Notes under the pieces: model-generated
The model's database searches: none
The model's input: the letters and a program-made list of their open reading frames with translations, nothing else
Told to the model about the DNA's origin: nothing
Shown: in pieces, positions 35,286-47,082 of the stretch
Layout of the letters: every line of letters starts with the position of its first letter
Position numbering within the stretch: the stretch's first letter is position 1
Assembly (NCBI GenBank): GCA_026936335.1
Contig: JAPMXV010000031.1
Coordinates: 124,001 to 188,000 of the forward strand
DNA length: 64,000 nucleotides
Direction: 5' to 3'
From: Mantamonas sphyraenae STR306
Taxonomy: Eukaryota; Protista; CRuMs
Translations under genes and position numbers: made by a program

Positions 35286-38200
35286 TCACTGCACGAGTTC
35301 GCTCGATGCGGCGTTGCGTGGTTCACGCAGCAGACTCAAGTCGTACAACTGGTCCTCGCCCAAGCAGCTGAGCTGTTGCAGAAACTTGTTCATGGATGGG
35401 TTGACCGGGTATGTGTAGCCGCGTTGCTGGTACTGCTTGATTTCCCGGATGACATTGTACACAAGCGTACGCTTCTTAAAGTTGATGAGTCCGTTCAACG
35501 TGTCTGCGTTGCCGTCGTCGATGAAGGTCAGATCGGTGAGGTAAACTCCCAGGTATGGCACACACGGAGGGTCGATGTTGTGCAGAGCGCCACGGTAGTT
35601 CTTGTACGATTGCTGGCTGCTCATCAGCTCCTCACACTCAGCCATGATGGTGCGCTGTCTGTGACCCAACCCGTTGCGCGTATGCTTCAGACGGTGCACC
35701 GCTGCATTGTTGATGCCTGAGATGATAGCCAGCAGCGAGTTGAAGTTCTTGTGCTGCAGCAGGTATCCTGCCACGTTCACAAACTTGATCATCACTCGCG
35801 TCCTTGCCTTCAGACTCTCCTGCAGCAAGATGTTGCTTGCACACCACAGCGACACCTCGTTGAAGCGATTGATCATTTCCAACACGTTGGGTGCCCGATG
35901 CCGCAGTTTCGACTTGTTCCAGCTCTGATTGAGCAGCTCCACGTGCCGAATCGCAGCAAACAACTGAAAGTCAACCAAAGTCAACTGCACCGCAATGTCT
36001 TCCTCGTCACACTTGGTCAGAATATCTGCCGACGACGTCAAGTCGTACTCGCGCGCCTTGTACCCCGTCTTGTCCTTCTTGCTGGGCCCGCTGAACAGCG
36101 AGCGCGAGCGCAGCGGCACGCCTCCCACCTCTTCGTCCTCCACAGATGACGAAGAAGAAGACGACGACGACGACGACGACGCCTCGCCACTGTCGCCTTC
36201 GTTGCTCTCGCTCTGTCCGCTCTGGGCGGCCTCAAACTCTCGCTGCTTGTTCAGCAGCACGCGGTTGAGCTTGGTGGCCAGCTGCTTGTGTCCGTCGCGC
36301 TCCAGCACGTTGTTTACAAAGATGTGCAACTTGGACACGAGATCGTCGTCAAAGTCTTCGTACGACGTTTCGATCCACAGCGAGAGGACATTGCACACGC
36401 GCAGCTCGATGGGCAGCTGCACTCGCTGCCGGAAATGCTTTGCTTCTGCAGCCGTCATGTTCTCCGGCACAGGCACCTGGTAGCGCTGCAGCAGCTTGTA
36501 GAACATCTTGTTGGGTGACGTGAACGAGCGGTACGTGGTGATAAACGCCTTGGCAAACGTAAGGTCACTCTTTGTGGATGACGTCAACCGCGACACCAAC
36601 TTGTTCAGGTTGGCGGCACGGATCGAGGACCTGTCGCGCAGGGTTTGATCAAAGTACACTGGATGCAGGCCAGACAGCATGCTGACGTCGTCCCCGCTGC
36701 CCTTTACCTGCGCGTCGTCCACTTCGTAGATGATGTTGGACGGCGAGTCCTGCGGCTCGTCCCACAGCGACAGGTCGCTCTCGTCCTCCTTTTCGTCCGA
36801 GTCCACGTACGAGATGTACTGGTTCGTCGCCACATACGTCACCGTGTCCAGCAGACCCGAGAACGCACCCGCCAGCGCTTCGCACACGCTCGCAAGATGC
36901 AGAATCGACAGGTAGGCGTCGTTGTTTGCCTCGTCCTCTCGGGACCGCATGGCCTCCAAGGTCATGGAAAGGCGGTTGGTCGAGCTCACACGCTTGCCCT
37001 TTGCGTCCTGGACGCTTCCGGGGCTGCCTCCGCCACTGGACGAGACGCCGCTGCCGTCACCGCTTTCGTCTCCGTCTCCCTGCGACATGCTGGCTGCCTC
37101 TGCGGCCGCCTGTGCATCCAAGTTGCGTTGGTGAATGGTGTCGGTGGCATTCTTCACCGCACCGTGCAGCTGTACCGTAACATCGCGCACCTTGGTCACC
37201 GAGCGCGACAGCTGGCGACGCAGCGTGTTGACGTTCAGCTTGCGCCCCACCGACGTCGACGCAGCCATGATCTGAAAGATGGAGTTGCCGATTGCTTTGA
37301 ACGCAGCAGCAAGCAGGCCCGAGGACGAGGAGCCGGACTCGGAAGAGCCAAACACCTCGTCCGAGTTCAGCGCATCAATCAGCTTCTCCATGCCGCTCTT
37401 GCACGCACGCGTAGCGGTCACCAGCTGCTGAATGTTGGCCTCGATTTCCTGCGGAAAGGAATTGGAGGCGCTGAGGGCCTCGTCGACAGCCTGGGTGATG
37501 GTTGCAATGGCGCCCTGGAGCTGCTTGTTGGCAATGCGCTGCTGGGCCACCAGCGATGCAAGCTGCACCACGTCCTGGATGGCCATGTTGACTTCCTCAG
37601 TTGCCATGACCAGCGCACCCTCAAGGGACTCTCTGTCCATGTAGTTTGCGTTCTTTGCGCTCGCAATCAGTTCGATCATTGCAAGGCGCACGTTTTCGTG
37701 GGCTGTGTTCAAGTCCTGCTGCAGAGGCACGCACACCACGTGCTCCGCCTGCTCAGCCGCAGCAGATATCAGTTTCTGTACAAGGGTCACAGCGCGCTTG
37801 CTTGCGCTCACAATGGCGTCCTGGTCGTGGGCCACGTCCAAGATGGCGTTCAGCGAACCCGTTGCGCCACGTGCAAAACCCAGCATCTTTTCTTGCGTGG
37901 TCTGTTCCACGCCGTCCTCAAACAAGTCGTCCTCGGGAGGATCCTGCTCCAGCTGCTCCAGTGCATCGCGCAGCGCCGTGGCCTTTGTGACCAGCTCCGA
38001 CTTGATGTTTTCTGCGACTCCACTTCCGTCGTCGCTTCCTCCGCCGCTGCTGCTGCCGCCGCTCTTGGACGACATGCGCAGGCTCATGCGCTTGTGTGCC
38101 TCCTCCATGTTGGTCACATCCTTGCTGTTGACGGTTTTCAGCACCGAGAGAAAGTCGAGCAGGGCGCTCTTGATGTTGAATGCGGCTCCCTGAACACGCT

Positions 38201-40260
38201 GCACCTGTTGCATAAGCTGAATCTCTGTGAGGCGTACGAGCTCCAGTTTGACTTTGGGCTTGCTGCTTCGCCTTTGGCTGTTGCTGTTGGAGCCAGAGAC
38301 GACCTCGGAAAACACCTTTTCCACGTCGCCCACAGGGCGCATGGCGTTGCACAGACCAGCCGTGCGGTCGGCAAGGGTGTCTGTGACGCTGAGTAGGGTT
38401 TGCTGCAGTGTGCGATGGCCGTGGAAGCGGATGACGAGCTTGCGCGTGAGAACGCTCATGTCGAGGATGAGTTGCAAGGCCGTTTCGCACTGCTTGAGCA
38501 TGTTGCGATCGTACTCCGAGTCATTGACGGAGCAGAAGAGTTCGCCGTCGGGCACAGAGAAGCGTGAGAGCTGCGAATGTGTGATGCGCACACCGGTTTC
38601 CTCCTCGTCGAGTTCCGAGACAAAGCTCATGTCCAGCGACGAACGACTATCATCGTCTCCTCCGTCGCTCGAGTCGTGTTGCGAGTCGCTACGGTCACGC
38701 TCGGTGAGAGACATGGTGGACGAGGACGAGGAGCCGTAAGAGGAGAAGCTCTCTGGCACCTCGCCTTCCTCGGGCGAATCGGTGTCGTAGTACGAGGCGT
38801 AGGAATCGGAGCGCTGCGAGCGTCCGAGCTCGTTGTTGGAGGCGACGCGACGCAGACCGATGCTTGCGGCACTACTGGACTTGCGCAACGAGACGACGCC
38901 GCCTGTTTCTTGCTGGACGCTGCTGAGCACGGGTTCGCTCGTGGCCTTTTTCTTGCCGACCACAGCTTTGACAGGGTGCAAGGAGCAGGCCACGCCCGTG
39001 AGGTACTGCATCCACAGCTCCAGCTCACGCAGACTGCTGGCCTGGATGCGGAGCGTGCGTCCAAGATCGGCCATCTCCACAAAGAACACGTGCAGACGGT
39101 TGTCGTAGTTGTACGGACCCGTGACGCCTGTGATGGACAGGGTGCTCACCGTGCCACTGGGGGTGGTGGCCTGTGTAGAAGCATTGCATGGGTGCGCAGG
39201 TGAATCGTGGGACCAGGCCGTGTTTACGTGCAGAGTGCACAACACCATTAGCGTGTGTCAGCGCACCAAAGTTGTGAAAAAGGGCAAACATGAAATCGAG
39301 CGGTGCGACCGCGTTCGTTGGGCGCTCGAAACGTACAAGCATATCTGTGTAATAATTGAGTTCGGTGATGCTGAGCACAAACCAGCGGCGCTTCCAGTTC
39401 TTGACCTTGCTGCCTTGCTTGAAGAGGAAGCCCTATGGTGTGTGTGTGGGTGTGCCTGTGTGAGCGCAAAAAGCAGGGCGAGGCGAAATTTGGGCGGGAG
39501 GGTCGCGGCCATCGCAAAAAGCTCACCTGCAGAAGGCCAAACGAGTTGCGCGGCGACGTCTGGATAAGCGTGTTGATCTGAGTGACCCACGCCGTGCACT
39601 CCTCCTCGGTTTCGGGGGCGAAAAAGTATGTTCTGTGGCCGTGGAACACGAGTGAGCGTGTGAGCGGACAAAGGGCTGGCGGGCGTGGACCCGAAAGCCA
39701 AAAGGGCGAAGGCAGCGACGCCCAAAAAAAGGCCCTTGTGGCGGTGGACGCACCTGTAGTCTGTTTGGAGAATCCACACATGTTGGCGTCCATCAAACTC
39801 GTATTCGTCGCCAAAGGCAACATATGCACCCAGCATGCTGATGACTGGGATCTGGTCGATGAACTTCTGGTCGCCCTTCTGCGAATAGTACGCCAGGTAA
39901 CCCGGAAGCAGCTCGAACCAGCGCCGCTTCCAGTTCATTACGTTCTTGCCGCGCTTGTGCATGAAGCCTGAATGCCACAGGTTGACCTCCTGCGATGTGT
40001 GAGCGGGTGCGCGCCCGCGTGGAGGTGTCAGTGCCTACGGCAACGAGCAAAAACGGGAAACCAAAGCTCGACCGGCGTGAAAAAGCAACCCGGCCCCGTA
40101 AAGCTCCCGGGGCGGGCCCATGTGCAATGTCACATCGAAGCAGTGTCGCATGCATGCGCCCTCCACTTGGTGTGCTGGCTCGCTCAAAGCCTGCGCCCAT
40201 GCGCCGCCCGCCTGCACTCTACTCTGCGATTTCGGGCTTCTCACTCACCGTCGACTCCAT
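35286..40260 (-). CDS. Ras guanine nucleotide exchange factor: PH-PH, helical bundles, REM, CDC25 (5 exons)
   Basis: PH motifs GFMHKRGKNVMNWKRRWF and GFLFKQGSKVKNWKRRWFVL; REM AANLNKLVSRLT..FITTYRSFTSP; CDC25 IAVQLTL, NFNSLLAI, PPCVPYLGVYLTDLTFIDDGN, INFKKR. Exon 1 MEST; intron 1 40248-39990. Confidence 0.95.
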
Positions 40261-40481
40261 TTTGGGCACGCTCGGCTTGCGCCGCGCCAGAAGAGTTTTT
40301 CTGCGCGCTGACCCTTCACTGCTCATCTGTACACAGGTTGGCACAAAGACAGTGGTCAAAGGGGATTTGGTGCAGAGGCGTCCGACTGCGGGGAGAAGGA
40401 AAGGAAGAAAGGGGAAAGAAAGACTGGGTGACTCGGCGCCGACCCGCACCCTCTCCACCACCGCAACGACAACACCCAACC

Positions 40482-42935
40482 ATGCTCAGCTCGGTCGACA
40501 ACACGACCAACTCGCCGTCTCCCTCTGCCGGTGGCTACGAGGCCAATGGCATGGCCACATCACCCATGGTCAGCCCAGAGGGTGACGTGGCTGGCTCGCC
40601 AGGACCTTCCTTTGCCAGCTCCTCGTCCACAGGCAACGGCACAGGCATGGATGGCGTCGTATCCGACAGCCAATCGGCCGAATTCTCCGTGGCTGTGTTC
40701 TCCTCGTCCATGGTGCCGTCGTCCAAGACCCTGGCCGAGGAGACGGGATTGCCCCTGGGGTTCCATCTCACGCCGCTGTGTCCGTTGTCTCCGTCGCCAG
40801 CCAGCGTGCGACGACAACCCGTGCTGTGTCAGTACTGCCTGGCCAGCATCCATCGGTACACTGACGTGAGTGGACGCGAATGGCACTGTACTTTTTGCGG
40901 CGGAGCAAACCTCCTGGACGAGGGCGAGGACGCCACGGGCTTGCCCGAGCTCCAACTCAACACCGTCGAATACGTAGACTCATTTGTGGACGTGCGGGAC
41001 GAGGGCGAACTGATCCTCTTTGCTCTGGACGAGAATCTGGACGAGGAGGAGCAGGAGACGTTGAAACAATCTCTGGTCGACGTGGTGTCCACCCTGCCCA
41101 GTGACGCCCGAGTGGGCCTCCTTTCCTTCTCAGGCACCGTGTCTGTGTACGACCTTCAGGCGTCGGGTGTCAGCTCTGCCGAGGTGCTGACGGGCATCAC
41201 TTCGCCCGAACTTGAGGACCTTCAGGACCTTGCCGCACGCATGGACAGCTACGTAGTGCCGGCCATGTCCAGCATCGACAACCTCCGCGTCATTCTCGAC
41301 ACCCTCTACTCACCCAGCAAAGCCCATGCCCAGGAGACGCTCAAACAACGGCGTGAACGCCAGCGTCGAGCACGACGTCAACGTGCAGAGGCCAAACGCT
41401 GCCTGGGCGTCGTCCTGGAACTGGCCCTGGGACTGATTTCAGGACGGCTGTGCAACGCATCTGCCCGTGCCAAGGCCAGCTCGTCGACACGAGTGGATAG
41501 CAGTCGGCTGGGCACAGAGGCGGCCACCCAGCTCGGTCAGGGCGGACGATTGATTGTTGCCCTGGGCGGACAGTGCAACTATGGACCGGGTGCCATTGTG
41601 GGCAGCCCTGGAAGCGATGATATGGACTATTATGGAGAGTTTGCACAGCAGTACTACTCCGCTGTGGGCCTGTTTGCCAATCAGCACAACGTCGTGGTGG
41701 ACATTCACTGCTGTGGCCCAAAGGACTTTTACACGCACACCATGCAGGAGACAGTGCAAAGGTCCGGTGGCTCCTTGCTCTTGCGCGCCGATTTCGGTCC
41801 TCGCTTTGTGGCCGACATCCAGCTGTGCCGGCGAGCACAGGTGGGCAGCAACGCCACTCTGCTGCTCCGGGCCAGCGACTCCGTACACATGAGCCATGTC
41901 ATCGGCAATGCGGTGCCGGACTATGAGCCCGCCCCGGGCGTCTCTGACAAGTGGTTCGCCGAGTTTGGCAACGCCGAGGCAGATGACGGCGCCGTCTTGG
42001 TGCGCATGGGCTCGGCCAACACAACACACACGCTGACGTTTGAGTACGAAGTCGACGACGAGGTGCTTGCCGAGCACGTGCTGTTGCAATTTGCTGTGCA
42101 GTACACCACACGCACGGGCCAGCGCATCACACGCATCGCCACACACCAGCTCGTGTGCACAGAAAAGAGTGAGCAGTACCTGGAGAGCATCAATGTGGAC
42201 GAGCTCAGTGTGCTCGAGGCCAAGCTCAGTGTACTGCAGGCTCGCAAGCAGCCCGACGAGGACACCCTCGACACCGTGTTTGGCGACATCGACCAAAAGG
42301 TCTTTCGCTTGGCAGCCCTCACGGGTTCCTTTGACACCTCCACCAACACCTACAAGATGCAACGCTCCCTCTCATCCCTGCCCAAGCTTTTGTACATGCT
42401 CCGCCGTGGCCCCATGCTCGGGCCCATCCTCCAGCACCCGGACGACATCGACTGCATCCGCGTCCTCTTCCTGGGAATGAGTGTGGCCAATGCACACCGC
42501 CTCATCATCCCGGTCGTCTGGTGGTTCTACTACGACGACAACCAGCGTGTGGCTTCCCTGCAGATTTCCCCGGATGACCTCGCCCTCATGAAGGACAAGG
42601 TTGTGCTCATGGACAGTGGCACAGACCTTTTCGTCTGGCAAGGCTCTGCCGTCCAGTCGGACGAGCTGCGACAGGCCGCCCTTTTCCGTGCCGAGCAGCT
42701 GGCCTCTGGCCGTTTCCCGTCCCCACGCATCAACTCGTTCAACGAGGGCGATTCCATGAGCCGCTATCTGCTTGCACGGCTGGCCCCCTTGCACAAGGAC
42801 AAAAAGGCTCACCAACGCAGCAGCTTCCCCTGGGCCGAGGGTGTCCCTGCAGACAACTTTGCCTCGTTTCCCCCCACCAGCGAAGAGTCGTTTTACGTGT
42901 GGATGTCCGAGGTGGGTGTGAGTGTCGTGCAGTGA
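40482..42935 (+). CDS. SEC23: Divergent Sec23-family COPII protein
   Basis: Zn finger CQYC..WHCTFC; vWA trunk ILFALD..RVGLLSF; LRRGPMLG; gelsolin-like LMDSGTDLFVWQG; RFPSPRI..EGDSMSRYLLARL. Confidence 0.88.
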   Translation: MLSSVDNTTNSPSPSAGGYEANGMATSPMVSPEGDVAGSPGPSFASSSSTGNGTGMDGVVSDSQSAEFSVAVFSSSMVPSSKTLAEETGLPLGFHLTPLCPLSPSPASVRRQPVLCQYCLASIHRYTDVSGREWHCTFCGGANLLDEGEDATGLPELQLNTVEYVDSFVDVRDEGELILFALDENLDEEEQETLKQSLVDVVSTLPSDARVGLLSFSGTVSVYDLQASGVSSAEVLTGITSPELEDLQDLAARMDSYVVPAMSSIDNLRVILDTLYSPSKAHAQETLKQRRERQRRARRQRAEAKRCLGVVLELALGLISGRLCNASARAKASSSTRVDSSRLGTEAATQLGQGGRLIVALGGQCNYGPGAIVGSPGSDDMDYYGEFAQQYYSAVGLFANQHNVVVDIHCCGPKDFYTHTMQETVQRSGGSLLLRADFGPRFVADIQLCRRAQVGSNATLLLRASDSVHMSHVIGNAVPDYEPAPGVSDKWFAEFGNAEADDGAVLVRMGSANTTHTLTFEYEVDDEVLAEHVLLQFAVQYTTRTGQRITRIATHQLVCTEKSEQYLESINVDELSVLEAKLSVLQARKQPDEDTLDTVFGDIDQKVFRLAALTGSFDTSTNTYKMQRSLSSLPKLLYMLRRGPMLGPILQHPDDIDCIRVLFLGMSVANAHRLIIPVVWWFYYDDNQRVASLQISPDDLALMKDKVVLMDSGTDLFVWQGSAVQSDELRQAALFRAEQLASGRFPSPRINSFNEGDSMSRYLLARLAPLHKDKKAHQRSSFPWAEGVPADNFASFPPTSEESFYVWMSEVGVSVVQ

Positions 42936-43085
42936 CGTAACGGGGTGGACGACGGATGAATCATGTGCTTTTGTTCCTTCAAAACCCTTGAATGAATTGA
43001 TGTGTGTATGTGCAGAGGTGTTGGTGTGTTTGCTGCCCTTGTGCCAAGAGTGACACGCGTGATGGGTGCAGCAGGGGGAGCGGCA

Positions 43086-43400
43086 TCATCGTCGCTTCAC
43101 CAAAGTCTCCACTGTGCTTGCGTACTCGTTGTCCTTCAAGTTCTCCGAGTACTTGGGGTTGTTGCGCATCAGCCACGAGGCGAGCCAATTGATAGCGTCA
43201 AAGGGCTCCCGCGTGCCAGGCAGCGGTTCCTTGGGCGTCTCAACGCCCGTGATTTGCTTCTGCTCCTCTGCCTCCACAAGCAGGTTCTCCAGCGCGGGAA
43301 CCAGCACAGGATACACCTTTTCTACAAGGTACTTCTGATCCTTGTCCGTCTGCAGTCGCTTATCCACAAACCACTCGGTGGCGAGTTCGCGAGTTTCCAT
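43086..43400 (-). CDS. Small Dpy-30/RIIa-like docking-domain protein resembling the EFCAB5 N-terminal region
   Basis: LATEWF..YLVEKVYPVLVPALENLL..FDAINWLASWLMRNNP. Confidence 0.75.
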   Translation of the reverse strand: METRELATEWFVDKRLQTDKDQKYLVEKVYPVLVPALENLLVEAEEQKQITGVETPKEPLPGTREPFDAINWLASWLMRNNPKYSENLKDNEYASTVETLVKRR

Positions 43401-43574
43401 CTTGCCGTTGCCGTTTTGCTTCCGTGTGTTTTTTTCCCGCGGCGCTGGTCTTGCAGAGTGTACTGGGCGGATGGACTGTGTCTAGATGCAGTAAACGAGA
43501 GGGCCAGCACAAGGGTGGGGTGCGGCCGGATGCAGACGATGGGAACAATTCGGTTTGTTGGCGCCTGCGCTCGC

Positions 43575-46500
43575 TCACATCCACGCCAAGTCGCTCGCGT
43601 TTGACACATGGCCCAAGTACAGCCACACCGTGGTGATCCCCCAGGGAAACGAGTGTGCAGTGAGACCAATGCAATAGCTGACGCCTGCAATGGTGCAGTC
43701 AAGAATGCCGGCCCACGCAAGCTGCTCCAGAATCTCATCCACGTCCGTGGTGGTGAATCGAAACAGGCGGCCGTGCCACGCACATCCGTCCTTAAGATCT
43801 TCCACAATTGTGTCTTCCAGCTCCTGGCGCACTTGTGCACTCGGGTACTCAAATGTGGTCAGGTCGTCGGTGAACGCTTGCAGTTTCTGCGAGATACAGC
43901 GGTTGAAGCGTGTGTTGGGCGAGTACAGGTAGTGCCGGCGGTAATCCTGGATTCCTGAGACCATGCGCTTGACAAATCGATAGCGCCATCTGGCCTGGTC
44001 GTACAGGAGGCGCGGCGGCTGGAGATCAGGGACGGAATCTGCGGGACGATGGCAAGAGGTTGAGCACGGGTCAGTCACAATAGGAGGCATCTGTGGGAAA
44101 TGGACAACGAGTGGCAAGCAACACTTACACCAACAATGGAGGCCACCGTATTGCTCAAGAGCGTCTGGCTTGAGCAACGGTTGCCAATCGTACAGCTGCG
44201 ACAGATCCCAGTGCACCTGCAGCAGTTTGTCCGACCCCTGCACATTGACCCACACATTTTGGTGGTTAAACAGGCAGCCCACGCGAGAGAACGGAGCCGT
44301 GGCACAGGAAAACACGCCGCCGGTTGTGCACTGCCAATGCAGCACCATGTCGGCTTTGCGCCGTTCGCTGTTTTGGTGCTTAAACTTGCTCTGATCAAAC
44401 TCCATTTCAAAGATGGAGGCACTTTGCATCTTGTATGCCATGGCCGTCACGGGCGTGTCCCCGTTGCCCGCATCGCCGCCGCCATCGACTGGCGCACCTT
44501 CGTCGACAGCCCCTTCCTCCACACTGTCGACACTGCCAAAGTGCAGTCGCTTCAGAGCCGATGGAGACACGTCTCTGCTTCTGGCATTGGCCAGTGACCC
44601 GGCACTGGCCATGCCCACACCTTCCCCTGGCACCTCTAGCGATGCCGACCGAAACAGGGCTGCCGGGCTGGTCCGCTCATGATTGCCTCCGTCAAACGAG
44701 CGCCGTGTGCTGTTGTCCTCACGCGGGAAGCGAGGAGGCCGTGGACTGCGCTCTCGCTCTACGCTTGAGCGCGACGGGGAAACAGAAGACGATGACGATG
44801 ACGAGGAAGATGACGAGGATGCTGTGCCTTTGGTGCGCCGGCCACTGGGAGACGCATTGGATGCGATCACCTCGACAACGTCGTTGTCACTGTCGTCGTT
44901 GGGGTTGCCTTCGGCGCCGCTGTTGCGATGGTCGTCATCCACCTGCACCGATTCGGCCAGAGAGGCGTCGACAGTAACCACCCAGGCGTATCGAGAACCA
45001 TGCAGTTCACCCAGACAAACATACGCATCGTAGCCGAGACCGAGAAGCAGATCGCACAGAAAGACACTCTGTTCCAGGGGCGAACCCTGGCTGCGATACA
45101 GCATGAGTCCAGGAGAACATATATGGCTGGTAGAGATGGGTTGAGGACGTGACGGAATGTCTGGGTTGGGCTGGATGCGAGCCACAAAGGCGTTGAGGAG
45201 CTCCGGAGTTGCGTCGCCCACAAACACGGGTTCGATGGGGCGCACGAACGACGGCAAGAGACGGAAGGTGTTGAACTCGTCAATGGCTACGAGTTGAAAG
45301 TGTCTGCGCCGGAACCGCTTCTTTAGGGTTTGGTAGAAGGCGTCGTAGTACTCAAAGGTGCTGCTGAAGCCGCCGCCTGCGTCTGCCCCCGTGCCGGACG
45401 AGCTGGGGCGTGTGTCGTCCTCGTCCAGGTGTTCGTCGACAAGCACAGCGTCGTCTCCATCGATGTACATGTGCAGGTGTTGCTGAAGCTCTGCGGCTGA
45501 GCTGTAGCGGAAGTAGCTGTCCACGCTGGGGGCCGGGTTGGCGCATTTGGAGTTGAGGTCACGGCGCAGCTTGGTGGCATACTTGGCATGGAACCCAGCT
45601 TCGGGCAGATCAGCGTACTGGGAGACTTGGTCGTGGTCCACACGAAGAAGCAGCTCGATGTTGGGCACGGTCTCTACATCCTGCAGCGCGTTCTGGATGC
45701 CCAGGGGTAATTTAACATATACAGAGTGGGCCTCGGAAGCCAAAACGTCCTGCAGAGGCACGCGCACGGATGCAAGCCACTCACTGTGAGGCAGAACACC
45801 CTGGTTGTGGTAGTCCCAGAGCGACACAAGCAGGCTGTTGCTCTCGACGAAGCGCTGGGTCTCGTAAAAGTCGGATGATGGCATGGTCATGTTGATGTGC
45901 ACGGTTTGGTACCATTGGGGCTGTAACGAGTCGATGAGGACGGTCGTGCGCTCTGTGAAACCGGCAAAGCTGAGCGTCACAAACGGGTTGCACGAGCAGT
46001 AGGAGATACCCTGGCCTTGCACCAGCTTGACTCTGTGTCGCAAAAAGCGAGAATGCGGATGAAGCCAACCGTGTGCGCAAAAGAGTGAGTGCTTGTCTTT
46101 GCTGTGAGCTGTGGCAGCGCAACGCATAACGTACCCGCTTAAGCTCTCGAGGTTGTTTGCTTGGAGGACAGTGATTTGAATGTGGTGCTTAAGGTCGTCG
46201 ACGTGTTTGGGCATGCTGCCTGCGCTTCGCCAGGAAGTGTACATGTTTGCGGTGCGCACGAGCTCGTTGGGCATGAGGTTAAGATCGGAGTCTGGGTACA
46301 GGAGAGAGAGGAGCTGTGGGCAAGGAAGAAGGGCCGTGTGGGTGGGTGATGAACGTTTTCTCTGCGTGAGCGCGACATTTCATATGCATGGGAGAGGGCA
46401 GGGACGGGCTGTGAGCGTACAAACTGCAGTTCTTGCTCGTTCAACGGATTGTCGCCACTTTTGAGCACGGCCGTGAGACGCTGCCAGGTGAGTCCAGAGA

Positions 46501-46982
46501 AGGAAGTCTGCGCCGATCAGGTGTAACAGGGGGATTGTTAGGTGTGTCAGCATGGAAGAGGTGCAGAGAGGGCATCACGACGTGCAACGTGCCTCAAAGT
46601 GTGCGGCTGCTCGGCGTAGCTGTTCCGTACGCTCCTCCGTGCGCTTCTCGTAGGCTGCGAGGAGTGACAAAAAGTCATCAAAGTCCAAGCGGCCATCCGC
46701 ATTGCTGTCGTGTTCGTAGATGAGGTCACGGATCTGCTCCGGCAGGATCTCGGGTCCAAAGTTTGTCTGCGCGGTGGAAGCACAACACGGCGAGCGAGCG
46801 CCCAGGACACAGTGTGAGGATTTGCTCGGCGCATCACTCCGTGCTATGCATGTGAGTGATCAAAAGCAACGTACCATGATGAAGTAGAGTTCGCGCAAGC
46901 CGATGGTGGCCTGGACGCTGCCTGCAAACTTGACAAAGAGGCGCTGGTACTTGCGCACCTGGTGGGCCGTGTAGGATGACAT
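43575..46982 (-). CDS. Calmodulin-like EF-hand + C2 + CEP76/CC2D2A-type transglutaminase-like protein (about 6 exons)
   Basis: EF-hand HDSNADGRLDFDDFLSLL; C2 ITVLQANNL..NPFVTL..PQWYQ..VSLWD; GSPLEQSVFLCDLLLGLGYDAYVCLG..AWV; VGCLFNHQNVWVNVQ; C-terminal FPWGITTVWLYLG. Confidence 0.8.
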
Positions 46983-47082
46983 GTGGCACACACAAGGGCA
47001 GCAGAAGGTGAGATGGGGGCAGGGGGCGAGAGAGGTGCGGCGGGTTGAGGAAATGTTGCGCACCACGGGGCAACAAGGAGAG

